Assembly: GCA_048882485.1 (NCBI GenBank)
Contig: JBHLRP010000004.1
Location: 46,896-110,895, forward strand
Origin: Candidatus Thorarchaeota archaeon
Lineage (GTDB): Archaea > Asgardarchaeota > Thorarchaeia > Thorarchaeales > Thorarchaeaceae
Length of the DNA stretch: 64,000 bases
Direction: 5' to 3'
Shown here: piece after piece, positions 10,300-20,090 of the stretch
Numbering within the stretch: the stretch's first letter is position 1
How the letters are laid out: every line of letters starts with the position of its first letter
Made by a program: the position numbers and the translations under genes
Notes under the pieces: generated by a model
Databases searched by the model: none
Told to the model about the DNA's origin: nothing
Seen by the model: only the letters and a program-made list of their open reading frames with translations

Positions 10300-11460
10300 A
10301 TGGGTCTACGACGCATAACCGCCCTTACGAAGAAGAACTTGAAGATGTTCACAAGACAGCCTGCGGTTCTCTTCCTTCTCCTCCTGTTCCCCCTAATTGT
10401 CACAGCAACCTTTGGATTGGCCTTTGGTGGCATGGGTGAAGGGGGAGTGACCAACTTTGATGTGGGATTGCTGAATCTAGACACTGCCACAACAGATCCT
10501 CAATGGGCTGACAGCTTCGAAGGGAATCTTTCAGAACTTGAGGGGATCACAGTCATTCATTACGACGCCAACGAAACTGGTCAAGCAGAGCTACTTCAAG
10601 GAAATCTTGATGCATTCATTATCATTCCCGGAGGCTTTGGTGACAGCTGCACGTCATACTGGGGCTCGCCATTCGACGGAAGCTCTTGGACCAATACAAC
10701 TGTCGAGCTCTATGTGGACAGTGGTTCTATGATTGCAAGTAGTGCAATTCCGCCGCTTGTGCAACAGGTTGTCTTGACAACTATGTTTGGAAGCGAAGCA
10801 ACCACTCTGGACCTGCCTGTGGGAATAGGGAGCCCCTCCATGGTAGACGCAAGCACCTTCTCGCAGTGGGACTTCATGGCTCCTGGGATATTTGCCTTTG
10901 CTAGCATCTTCATGATAATGATAGTTGCACAGTCATTGACGGGAGAACGAGATGGTGGACTGCTGAAGAGGATGGGTACGACTCCACTAAAGTCACATGA
11001 GTTCATGTTGAGTTATGTGATTTCGTACATGATTATTGCAGTCATCCAAGTTCTCCTTGTGTTCACCGCGTCATATGCAATAGGCTATCGACCTGCCACT
11101 GATGTCAGTGGATTGGCATTTGCTTTTGCGATGTTGCTCGCTTTCTCTCTTGTAAACGTCGGCTTTGGCCTGATTGCAGCCACAATCTCCAAGTCAGCAG
11201 AAATAGCCTCTGGTATATCGTTCGTCTTCATCATGCCACAGATGTTTCTGGGCACTTTCATGCCTCTTGGTGGAGCGACTGAAGTCATTGCACAGTTCAT
11301 GCCAAGCAATTATGTGACTGAGGCCTTGACGACCTTGTTCCTACGTGGAGCTTCTATAACGACTGTTTCTATCTGGACGGATCTGGCTCTGGTGTCAGTC
11401 ATTGGCGTTGTGCTCCTTCTTATCGGTATAGCCCTCTTTCGTCGATTTGGAACAAGGTAG
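10300..11460 (+). CDS. ABC-2 exporter permease
   Basis: N-terminal TM, extracellular domain, five to six C-terminal TM, ERDGGLLKRMGTTP motif; abuts the ATPase gene. Confidence 0.92.
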   Translation: MGLRRITALTKKNLKMFTRQPAVLFLLLLFPLIVTATFGLAFGGMGEGGVTNFDVGLLNLDTATTDPQWADSFEGNLSELEGITVIHYDANETGQAELLQGNLDAFIIIPGGFGDSCTSYWGSPFDGSSWTNTTVELYVDSGSMIASSAIPPLVQQVVLTTMFGSEATTLDLPVGIGSPSMVDASTFSQWDFMAPGIFAFASIFMIMIVAQSLTGERDGGLLKRMGTTPLKSHEFMLSYVISYMIIAVIQVLLVFTASYAIGYRPATDVSGLAFAFAMLLAFSLVNVGFGLIAATISKSAEIASGISFVFIMPQMFLGTFMPLGGATEVIAQFMPSNYVTEALTTLFLRGASITTVSIWTDLALVSVIGVVLLLIGIALFRRFGTR

Positions 11461-11471
11461 ACAACTGGTTA

Positions 11472-11510
11472 GAGAAGGGAGTATAGTCCCTTCTCATTCC
11501 TTTTTTCTTA
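11472..11510 (+). terminator. Hairpin + T-tract terminator
   Basis: Perfect 9-bp stem GAGAAGGGA/TCCCTTCTC followed by ATTCCTTTTTTCTT, 11 nt after the stop codon. Confidence 0.7.
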
Positions 11511-11583
11511 TTTCCCGCAATCAAAGAGTAGTCTTTATCAGGAAGAAGTCGGGAGTGCGTTCTTTGTAGAGAGGATGTGAAAA

Positions 11584-12660
11584 ATGGCTTCTGAAGACCA
11601 ATCAATGAAAACTGAACCTGCCCCAACCGAAAGGAAATCTAGAGCGGCATCCATCCTTTGGGTTGGCGGAATCGCATTCGCATTTGGATTCACTTTTCTA
11701 ATCTGGTTCTTTGGTCCTCTGCTTGATCGATTTGTATTGGGTCCAGACCAAGGTCCTGCATGGTACTACTGGCAGCTCCCCTCCCCTGATGTAATTGCCC
11801 AGTTCATAGTATGGACCTTCTATCTTGCCCATCAGTTTGTTGTGTGGTTTACGATTTATTGGGCGCAGAAAAACCTGATAGAACAGAAGACAAGGCCCAC
11901 AACATCATTGACCAGGTACAACTGGGCCATGGTTGTCATCAGTGTCTTCTTTGTAATACTGCATCTTATTCAAACCCATATTTGGTTCGATGGACTAGCC
12001 CAGGACGTTCCCATTTGGACCAGTCAGGGTTCAGTCATTATAATGCTAATTCTCATCCTCGTAATTGAGAATCCCAGACGAGGCCTATTTCTTGGAAAAA
12101 GGGCTGGGAAGCCATTTACTGCACGTGTGTCAGGTCTTGTGCGGCGCATACACATGTACCCAATTGCATGGGCGCTTGTTTACACATTCTGGTTCCATCC
12201 AATGTTCTATGACCCACAGCTATTAACAGGCTTCTTCTACATGTTCCTTCTGTTCACACAGATGACGGTGGCCTACACATCTGTGCATATTGATAAGAGG
12301 TGGGTTATCACTGTTGAGGGCTTTGTTGGCGTCCATGCTTTGGTAGTCGCCATATTCAACACATTGGACCACGGAAGCACAGACATGTGGGCAATGTTCC
12401 TGTCTGGATTCGTGTTCATGTGGGTCTTCACGTACATGTATGCTCTGAATGTTAGAAGAGAAATGAAAGCTCTTGTCACACTGCTTTACTTCGTATTCCT
12501 AGCTTGGATCTACATCCCCACACCATTTGGATATGGAAGAGACATTTCGTATCTGTTGCGATTTGAGATGCTTTGGATACCTATCATCTTGTATCTCCTA
12601 GCTGCGGTTGTGGCAGGAATTGGCTATGTATACCTGAAGGCTACCAAAAAGACGGAATAA
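11584..12660 (+). CDS. Polytopic membrane protein of unknown function
   Basis: 358 aa, about 9-10 TM, several His residues in or near TM segments (HQF, HLIQTH, HMY, FHP). Confidence 0.8.
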   Translation: MASEDQSMKTEPAPTERKSRAASILWVGGIAFAFGFTFLIWFFGPLLDRFVLGPDQGPAWYYWQLPSPDVIAQFIVWTFYLAHQFVVWFTIYWAQKNLIEQKTRPTTSLTRYNWAMVVISVFFVILHLIQTHIWFDGLAQDVPIWTSQGSVIIMLILILVIENPRRGLFLGKRAGKPFTARVSGLVRRIHMYPIAWALVYTFWFHPMFYDPQLLTGFFYMFLLFTQMTVAYTSVHIDKRWVITVEGFVGVHALVVAIFNTLDHGSTDMWAMFLSGFVFMWVFTYMYALNVRREMKALVTLLYFVFLAWIYIPTPFGYGRDISYLLRFEMLWIPIILYLLAAVVAGIGYVYLKATKKTE

Positions 12661-12678
12661 GGAACCTCCCGCTACAAT

Positions 12679-13839
12679 ATGATTCGTCCATTCCATTCAA
12701 TAACACAAGAATCTACTGCCTGCTATGTGGGTGGTAGAGTGGAAAGGCCGAGGTTGAGATTGAAGCTTGGGAATGCAAAGCTCGTTGGAATGGCATTAAT
12801 CCTGATCATAATAGGTTCACTCTTTATAGTCATTAGTCCTCGTCCACACTACTCTGTTCCACGTGAACAAACACCGCGCACTCACCCTGTTTCTTTCAAC
12901 GTGTCATTAGATGACTCTGAGCGATATTATCCAATTGAACCACTTTCCTACGCTGGCATGATTAGTCGAGTCGGAATTACTGACATGGAAACAAATGGGA
13001 CTTCGGTTGGACTTTCCATCCAGAATAGGAACAATGTCACGGTTTTTGCAATATCTAGTGTTAGTCTGATTTCCAATAGCTCTCTGGTTGTTCAAGCTTC
13101 AGAAGACTCTAGAGTCATTCTGACCAGAGAAACTGGAGACGCCAATGGTAGTTTCGTGATATTGATATGGGAAATAATGCCCCCGCCACCCATTGATCCT
13201 GCGGTCATTGGCGTCTATATTAACACCTTTCCCCTCCTAGCATTTGCAGCGTATGTTTTTTGGAAAATAGTCACAATGAAGACAGCCCGTAGAAGCATTA
13301 GACCAGCCTGGGTAGCTGTCCTAGTGTTAACTGGCCTCGTACTAGTGACTCCATACATTTCCGGATCTCTGGGGGGTTTCTTTACTCCCACAGCTATGAC
13401 AGAACAGGTCTATTCTGATACGAGAACTTTGGAATTGAATGATTCAAACCCCAACAGGCTTTTGCCCTTTGGCAGTGAAATCTCAAATAACACAGAATCA
13501 TTCAGAATACATTCGTTCGAAGATGATAACAAGAGGTATCATTTTGAACTGCTTGGTGTCGCTGGTGAGGTGGTTCTCTCTGCAACTCATGAAAACTCGT
13601 CTATAGCGTGGGAGATTATTGGGGGATCCGTAATTGAGAACCATAGTCTGAGTCTTTATAGAGCGGATAGCAATGTTGAAGTTAGCCTCACCATTGAAGC
13701 TAGTGCCACAATTGTAAGAGTCCCAGTCGATCCATTACCAGACTCAATTCTAGCAATCATCGGGTTCATTGCACTAATCCTGGCAGTGGCAGCAAGCCTC
13801 GCGGTTCAAACGGTGGAAAAAGTGGGACAAAACTGGTGA
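12679..13839 (+). CDS. Hypothetical membrane protein with two extracellular beta-rich domains
   Basis: TM - domain - 2 TM - domain - TM layout with N-glycosylation sequons; true start may be slightly downstream. Confidence 0.65.
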   Translation: MIRPFHSITQESTACYVGGRVERPRLRLKLGNAKLVGMALILIIIGSLFIVISPRPHYSVPREQTPRTHPVSFNVSLDDSERYYPIEPLSYAGMISRVGITDMETNGTSVGLSIQNRNNVTVFAISSVSLISNSSLVVQASEDSRVILTRETGDANGSFVILIWEIMPPPPIDPAVIGVYINTFPLLAFAAYVFWKIVTMKTARRSIRPAWVAVLVLTGLVLVTPYISGSLGGFFTPTAMTEQVYSDTRTLELNDSNPNRLLPFGSEISNNTESFRIHSFEDDNKRYHFELLGVAGEVVLSATHENSSIAWEIIGGSVIENHSLSLYRADSNVEVSLTIEASATIVRVPVDPLPDSILAIIGFIALILAVAASLAVQTVEKVGQNW

Positions 13840-14001
13840 ATGGCATTCCTAGACGTCAAAATTCGAAACTTTGAATCTGAAAACATCAAGAGATTGCGGT
13901 CACAAATATCGAGCGAGATTGATTAGAGCCTAGTTGGACAACATCTTGACGTCTATGTAATCTGCGAGGACTGCAAGAAATGACTAATGGTACATGACAG
14001 A

Positions 14002-14012
14002 AAGGTTATATC
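14002..14012 (+). promoter_or_regulatory. Putative BRE/TATA promoter of hdrA
   Basis: AAGGTTATATC about 50 nt upstream of the ATG; TTATAT also occurs upstream of 31688, 39580 and 44568. Confidence 0.4.
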
Positions 14013-14060
14013 GCCAGTCCGTTGAGGCCCCCAGTACAACTGCAGCTTGGGGACTTAAAG

Positions 14061-17000
14061 ATGGCCACAACATCATCAAAGAAGTCGACGCCTGCAACCA
14101 AGCCAACTGACGTCCTTGTCATTGGCGCCGGAATGGCTGGTATCAATGCAGCTCTTTCTCTAGCTGAAGGAGGACACCATGCGCATGTCATTGAGAAATC
14201 GGTGAACATTGGCGGCAACTATGTGGCAGTGTACAAGATATTCCCAATGTTAGAATGCAGTGCATGCGTAATGACCCCACTGACCTCCTATGTAGGCAAA
14301 CACCCCAACATCTCCGTTCATGCTCTTTCAACAGTTGAGAAAGTCACAGGCTCGCAGGGCAATTTCACAGTCACGGTGAGAAAGAAGGCACGCTATGTCA
14401 ATGAGGAAACCTGCACAGGATGTCAGAAGTGCATTGCAAACTGTCCTGTCGAGGTGCCATCAGAGTACGACCACGGTCTTTCTCTGCGAAAGGCCATCTA
14501 CATGAACTTCCCTCAGCAGGTCCCTCTCGTCGCAACGATTGACAGGGAGAATTGTATTGGTTGTGGAACTTGCGCAGCGGTTTGTCCACAGGACTGCATC
14601 AGCTACGATGATGAGGACAGGGTATTCGATATTAATGTGGGTTCGATTGTTGTTGCCACAGGATTTCAAGAATACAAGCCAGAAGACTATAGTGAGTATG
14701 GCTATGGTGTCTTTCCGAACGTTGTCACAAGTCTGGAATATGATCGGATGACCCATCCGACAGGGCCTACTGACGCACATATGATTCGGCCGTCTGACGG
14801 GAAAGAGCCTGAGAAGATTCTGTTCATCAACTGTGTGGGAAGCAGGGATGTCCGTGAGAACATCGGAGGATACAGTAAGCACTGCAACAAGGTCTGCTGT
14901 TCATTTGGCCTTAAACTAGCTCAAGTCACACGGATGCATTATCCAGAGGACCACTGTGAGATAATCTACACCTACATGGACATGCGGACTGCTGGAAAGG
15001 CCCTAGAGGAGTTCCTATGGGACTCAGAACGAAATCATGCCATCAACTTCGTCCGAGGTCGAGTTGCAGAAGTTTCTGAAGACCCAGACACTCGCGACCT
15101 CTATGTCAAAATGGAGGATACTGAGAAAGGGGAAATCATCGAGATTGACAAAATCTCAATGGTCGTACTTAATGCAAGCTTCAGACCAAATAATGGACAA
15201 GAGGAACTCGCAAAGATTCTGAAGATTGACATAGACGAGAATGGGTGGGTGAAGACTGCCCATGCGAACTCAGGCGGAGTAGAAACCACCAGAAAAGGAA
15301 TCTTTGTTGCTGGCTGTGCAACGGGACCGAAGGATGGTACTGATAGTGTGAATGAAGGTAAAGGCGCGGGCATGGCATCTCACTCTCTTCTGCCGATACC
15401 AACGCCTGCAATACCTGAAGAGATTCCTCCAGCTGAACTTGGTGATGAGCCCCGTGTAGGCGTATTCATCTGTCATTGTGGCGGTATCATTGGCAATGTC
15501 ATAGATTCACCCCGACTGGCTGACTGGGCAAAGGAAATGCCAAATGTGGCGTATGCGACCGATTATCTATTCATGTGTTCAGACCCGGGACAGGAGTTGA
15601 TTGTTGAAGCCATAAAAGAACACAAGTTGAACCGGATTGTGGTCGGATCATGTTCTCCGCTTCAACACCAGGAAACATTCAGAAGAGCCTTAATTGCCGC
15701 CGGTCTTTCACCCTATTACTTTGTTGGACCTGTTGGCCTTAGAGAACAGCTTTCTCTTGTAAATGCCAATGCACCTCTTGAGGAGCGTCAGGAAAAAGCT
15801 CAGGACATGATTCGTAGTGCAGTGGCTCAGGCAGTGAATTCTGAAGTGGTTCCTGTCAAGGAGGTTGAGGTTACCCGAGTAAGCATGGTAGTCGGAGGCG
15901 GAGTATCCGGAATGACTGCTGCACTGGACCTTGCTCGAAAAGGCTTTGATGTCATACTAGTGGAGAAACAAGACAAGCTTGGCGGTCGGTTAAACGACCT
16001 CCACCATCTCTTCCCTAAAATGGAATCGGCAAAAGAGATTGTTGACAGATTGGTTGCAGAGGTAGAGAATGAGAAACGGATTAAGATCATACTCAACTCC
16101 AAGGTTGTGAGCCGTGATGGCTCATATGGCAATTATGACATCGAGGTCGAGCATGTAGAATCAGGTGAGAAGAATAACTATCGAATTGGATCGATGGTGG
16201 TGGCAATTGGCACCGAAACCTATACTCCGAAGGATGGAGAGTATGGTTATGGCGAGGTCCCAGCTGTCATATCTACACTTGACCTTGAAAGAAAACTCAG
16301 AAATGGCGAACTCAAGAAAGCTCCAAAGAATCCTGTCTTCATTCACTGTGTGGGCTCCAGACAGAATCCAGGCGAAGGTTTCAGGCATTGCTCAAGAGTC
16401 TGCTGCTCAGCAATCGTCACCATGCAGCACGAGTTGAAGGAGCTGTTCCCTGAGATTAAGATCTTTTCAGCTTACAAGGAACATATTCGTCCGTACGCAA
16501 ATGGAATGGAAGAGATGTGGCGCGAAAACAGGCAGATGGGCGTATCCTATCTTCGTTGGGTCAGAGATAGACCAGTTACTGTTGAGAATGACCCAGGAAG
16601 CGGCGATGCTATTGTCACAATCTATGACACCTTGGCGCAGGAAACCTTCAAGATAAAGTCAGACATGGTCGTCCTCGCTCTAGGCCTTCATGCTCCAGAT
16701 GATGTTAATGAGCTGGCAAAGGCACTTGGGATAAATCGTGGAGCTGATGGATTCCTAGCAGAAATGCACATGAAATACCGTCCAGTAGAAACCACCGTGC
16801 CGGGAGTGTTTCTAGGTGTTACCTACGCTAAGAATGTTGCAGACTCGATAAACCAGGCCAGAGGTGCCGCAAGCGAAGCAGCAGTCCCGTTGAACCTAGG
16901 TACTGTGGGAATCGAGCTTGAAACTGCAGAGGTGGACCAAGACCTATGTGTGGGGTGTGACCTCTGTCACTATTCGGACATCTGCCCCTATGACGCAGTC

Positions 17001-17165
17001 TCAATGATTGAGATTGAGCCAGGAGTCAAGAAGAGTGTCACTGATGAGATGCGCTGTGAAGGTTGTGGTGCCTGTACTGCAATCTGTCCTACTGGAGCTC
17101 GCGACCTACGATGGTGGCGTGAGGGCAGCTTCATGGAACAGATTGAAGAGATGCTCAAGGAGTGA
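14061..17165 (+). CDS. hdrA: Heterodisulfide reductase subunit A-like protein with two FAD modules
   Basis: Two GxGxxG FAD motifs, KIFPMLECSAC, CVGSR...CNKVCC, RVGVFICHCGG, and inserted plus C-terminal 2x[4Fe-4S] ferredoxin motifs. Confidence 0.92.
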   Translation: MATTSSKKSTPATKPTDVLVIGAGMAGINAALSLAEGGHHAHVIEKSVNIGGNYVAVYKIFPMLECSACVMTPLTSYVGKHPNISVHALSTVEKVTGSQGNFTVTVRKKARYVNEETCTGCQKCIANCPVEVPSEYDHGLSLRKAIYMNFPQQVPLVATIDRENCIGCGTCAAVCPQDCISYDDEDRVFDINVGSIVVATGFQEYKPEDYSEYGYGVFPNVVTSLEYDRMTHPTGPTDAHMIRPSDGKEPEKILFINCVGSRDVRENIGGYSKHCNKVCCSFGLKLAQVTRMHYPEDHCEIIYTYMDMRTAGKALEEFLWDSERNHAINFVRGRVAEVSEDPDTRDLYVKMEDTEKGEIIEIDKISMVVLNASFRPNNGQEELAKILKIDIDENGWVKTAHANSGGVETTRKGIFVAGCATGPKDGTDSVNEGKGAGMASHSLLPIPTPAIPEEIPPAELGDEPRVGVFICHCGGIIGNVIDSPRLADWAKEMPNVAYATDYLFMCSDPGQELIVEAIKEHKLNRIVVGSCSPLQHQETFRRALIAAGLSPYYFVGPVGLREQLSLVNANAPLEERQEKAQDMIRSAVAQAVNSEVVPVKEVEVTRVSMVVGGGVSGMTAALDLARKGFDVILVEKQDKLGGRLNDLHHLFPKMESAKEIVDRLVAEVENEKRIKIILNSKVVSRDGSYGNYDIEVEHVESGEKNNYRIGSMVVAIGTETYTPKDGEYGYGEVPAVISTLDLERKLRNGELKKAPKNPVFIHCVGSRQNPGEGFRHCSRVCCSAIVTMQHELKELFPEIKIFSAYKEHIRPYANGMEEMWRENRQMGVSYLRWVRDRPVTVENDPGSGDAIVTIYDTLAQETFKIKSDMVVLALGLHAPDDVNELAKALGINRGADGFLAEMHMKYRPVETTVPGVFLGVTYAKNVADSINQARGAASEAAVPLNLGTVGIELETAEVDQDLCVGCDLCHYSDICPYDAVSMIEIEPGVKKSVTDEMRCEGCGACTAICPTGARDLRWWREGSFMEQIEEMLKE

Positions 17166-17737
17166 GCACCTTGGTGAATATTGACGGCCTTCGTGCAGGA
17201 TGGACCGTGTTGAATGACCTTCTGGGAGAGCTCAGAGCAAAGCATGTGTTCATCCCAGACCTCACCTATGCAGACCTGCGTAACTCAAAGATGGTGATAG
17301 AGTATCTCTCAAGTTTTGAAGGCGACCTCAGAAGCTCAGACCATGCAGATGAGAAACTCAGGGTCGAGATGGAAACAAAGATCATGAGCCTTCGTGAAAC
17401 CCTGATGGTGTGGGCTGAAGAGAGGGATGGCGTCGGATATAGACAGGTCTGGGAAGACAAATTTCAGCGTGCCTTGGATGGGAAAGCCGAGTATGTTGAG
17501 GAGGAGAAGACTCCAATCTCCGATATACCTAGGGAGAAGGATATAGGCTTCTTTAGAATCAGACTTCCAGATGAGATTCCAGTTGAAATCATATCAGAAT
17601 TGGCTGAAGACTGCGGAGTACTCATATCCCTAGACGGCGATAGACATCTGCAGGTTAGTGGAAAGAAAGACTGTGTCAGGGATGCGATGAAACGACTTGG
17701 TGAAATATTCTATGGAGATAGTAAGCTGAGGAAATAG
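17162..17737 (+). CDS. DUF2096-like protein
   Basis: N-terminal WTVLNDLLGELR and overall layout resemble archaeal DUF2096; GTGA overlap with hdrA. Confidence 0.7.
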   Translation: MSTLVNIDGLRAGWTVLNDLLGELRAKHVFIPDLTYADLRNSKMVIEYLSSFEGDLRSSDHADEKLRVEMETKIMSLRETLMVWAEERDGVGYRQVWEDKFQRALDGKAEYVEEEKTPISDIPREKDIGFFRIRLPDEIPVEIISELAEDCGVLISLDGDRHLQVSGKKDCVRDAMKRLGEIFYGDSKLRK

Positions 17738-17789
17738 CATCTCCTCAAATGTCACTCTTTATCTGTTCGCTCATCCTCGGATAATTTGT

Positions 17790-18695
17790 ATGGCCATTGA
17801 ACACTCGGATAGATTGGAGCGCGCGAAGCTCTCACTCATTGGATTATCAGTTGGAGATGCCTTTGGAGAGAGTTTCTTCGACTCTCACCCTCAATTGGTG
17901 AATCGGATAGCTGAACGCAGGATTCCGCCGGGTAGATGGCCATTTACTGATGATACGATGATGGCTTTATCGATAGTTTCTGTTCTGAAGGAATACAAGG
18001 AGATTAACCAAGACGCGCTAGCGGCAAGCTTTGCGAGAAACTTCGATCCAGTTCGGGGCTATGGCCTGGCAATGCATCATGCACTGCCGAGGATGGCTGC
18101 TGGAGAGAGATGGTCCTCCGTGGCATCCAACCTGTTTGGTGGAGAGGGCTCTTTCGGGAATGGAGCGTCAATGCGAGTGGCACCAGTGGGTGGATATTTC
18201 GCTGATGACATTCTTGAGGCAAGAAGGAATGCAGCCTTGTCCGCGGAGGTCACACATACACATCCTGAAGCTGCAGCAGGTGCTATAGCAGTTGGACTAG
18301 CTGCTGCTTGGGCTGCCAGAATGAGCAATACCGAAGTCCCAACACCTGGCGAATTCATTGAAAAAGTAGTGAAGGGAGTACCTGATAGTATGACTAGGAG
18401 AGGAATTCTGAAAGCACAGGAAGTTCCTCCTCTTGCTACCCCTTCTGATGCTGCCGCCATTCTGGGGTGTGGGCAACAGATTACGACTCAGGACACTGTC
18501 CCATTTGTCATTTGGTGCGCTGCACATTATTTGGAAGACTATGAAAATGCCCTCTGGAACACTGTAAGTGCGTTTGGGGATATGGATACGACATGTGCAA
18601 TGGTTGGTGGTATTGTAGTTCTGTATTCTGGAATAGAAGGCATACCTAAGCAATGGCTGGTACAGCGAGAAGCCCTTCCAGATCTGCCAATCTAG
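17790..18695 (+). CDS. ADP-ribosylglycohydrolase (DraG/ARH family)
   Basis: GDAFG, TDDT, GNGASMR and GDMDT motifs. Confidence 0.93.
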   Translation: MAIEHSDRLERAKLSLIGLSVGDAFGESFFDSHPQLVNRIAERRIPPGRWPFTDDTMMALSIVSVLKEYKEINQDALAASFARNFDPVRGYGLAMHHALPRMAAGERWSSVASNLFGGEGSFGNGASMRVAPVGGYFADDILEARRNAALSAEVTHTHPEAAAGAIAVGLAAAWAARMSNTEVPTPGEFIEKVVKGVPDSMTRRGILKAQEVPPLATPSDAAAILGCGQQITTQDTVPFVIWCAAHYLEDYENALWNTVSAFGDMDTTCAMVGGIVVLYSGIEGIPKQWLVQREALPDLPI

Positions 18696-19576
18696 ATGCC
18701 AAGAATGCCACTAATCGGGTCCAAAGAGATTCTATTCAGCTCAAGGCCCAGCTGTTCCTGATCAAGACCCATCGCTAGCCCGAGAATCTGAGTGACAAAC
18801 ATGGCTGGGAGTTCGAGCGACTCGCCATTATCATCCTTCACCCCAATCAACTGCACATCAAACTGTGTATGGCACGCTGGACAGTTGGTCACGAGAACAT
18901 TGGCTTGGCTTTCTTTCGCCGAGATCATCTTGTCCTTCAGAACATCTGTAGCTACTTCTTCACTTGCAATCAAAAGAGGGGAACCACAGCAGTTGATCTT
19001 TGCACCCCAAGGAACGCTTTGTGCACCAGTGAGTTCAAGGAGTTCGTCTACCTTTCTTGGGAGTTCTGGATCATCGAAACCTGCAACATTTGATGGACGA
19101 ATGAGATGACATCCGGGGTGAAATGCAATTCTGAGCCCAGTGAGGGGTTTCACAATCCTTGACTTGATATCATCTTTCATGTCATAGAGGACCTCTACAA
19201 AATGGCGTATCTTGGTCTTTCCTGTGTACTCGAGCCCCAGAGTCTTTAGGGCGCCATTGACTTTCTTTCGATAGGTTTCGTCATCATGCAATACATGGTC
19301 CGTGTCTTTTAGTGAACCAAAACATCCGTTGCAGGGAGTGACGATATCATGACCTCTGCTCTCTGCTAGAGCAATGTTCCTGCCCGACATAGAGAGCCAA
19401 CTAGTTTCATCAATTGACTTCAGGACAACCGTACCGCAGCAGGATGCGCCTTCGAAGTCAATGAGTTTCACACCGAGTTCCTTGGCTACTGCACGCATCG
19501 AGGCCTCATAGTTGTTGAAGCGGTTGGGGATTGCGCACCCTAGGAATACTTCGTAGGTCTGGGCCATCTCACTCAC
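18692..19576 (-). CDS. hdrB: Heterodisulfide reductase subunit B (CCG domains)
   Basis: FLGC, SCCG, CNGC, HPGCH, CCGS and CPAC motifs. Confidence 0.92.
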   Translation of the reverse strand: MSEMAQTYEVFLGCAIPNRFNNYEASMRAVAKELGVKLIDFEGASCCGTVVLKSIDETSWLSMSGRNIALAESRGHDIVTPCNGCFGSLKDTDHVLHDDETYRKKVNGALKTLGLEYTGKTKIRHFVEVLYDMKDDIKSRIVKPLTGLRIAFHPGCHLIRPSNVAGFDDPELPRKVDELLELTGAQSVPWGAKINCCGSPLLIASEEVATDVLKDKMISAKESQANVLVTNCPACHTQFDVQLIGVKDDNGESLELPAMFVTQILGLAMGLDQEQLGLELNRISLDPISGILGI

Positions 19577-20087
19577 TCTCCTCCAACTTCATTAGACCCA
19601 TTTTGTCCAAGACTTTACGTGTGTCCTCGACATTCAGCTCTGGCACGTCATCGAGCTCTAGGTCCTCACGTTCCCATTCAGTAGGTTCGTACAGTTTGCC
19701 AGTGTCATAGAGTGACTTTCTTGCAGCGACATAGCCAGGTGGTGCCATTTTCTTCTTGAATGCCATGTTCTTTAGGCCAAAGATGATGTCAGTGATGTCT
19801 ATGCCTTGAGGGCATCGCTCCTGACAGGTATAACAGGTCGTGCACAACCATACCATGTCGGTTTCTAGGACTTCTTTTAGTCCAAAGAGAAGCATCCGCA
19901 TCAACTCGTGCACTTGGATGTTCACCTTGTCACTCACTGGACAGCCAGCACTGCACTTGGCGCACTGGAAGCATGCGGTGAGGTCTTTTCCACCAAGCAG
20001 TCCGGAGACCTCCTTTGTAAACTCCGCATCTAGAGCCTCGAACTTCTTTCCCTCAAAAGACTTGAACTGGCCCCACGACTCTGTCAT
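19569..20087 (-). CDS. hdrC: Heterodisulfide reductase subunit C
   Basis: CFQCAKCSAGCP and WLCTTCYTCQERCP. Confidence 0.92.
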   Translation of the reverse strand: MTESWGQFKSFEGKKFEALDAEFTKEVSGLLGGKDLTACFQCAKCSAGCPVSDKVNIQVHELMRMLLFGLKEVLETDMVWLCTTCYTCQERCPQGIDITDIIFGLKNMAFKKKMAPPGYVAARKSLYDTGKLYEPTEWEREDLELDDVPELNVEDTRKVLDKMGLMKLEESE

Positions 20088-20090
20088 ATC

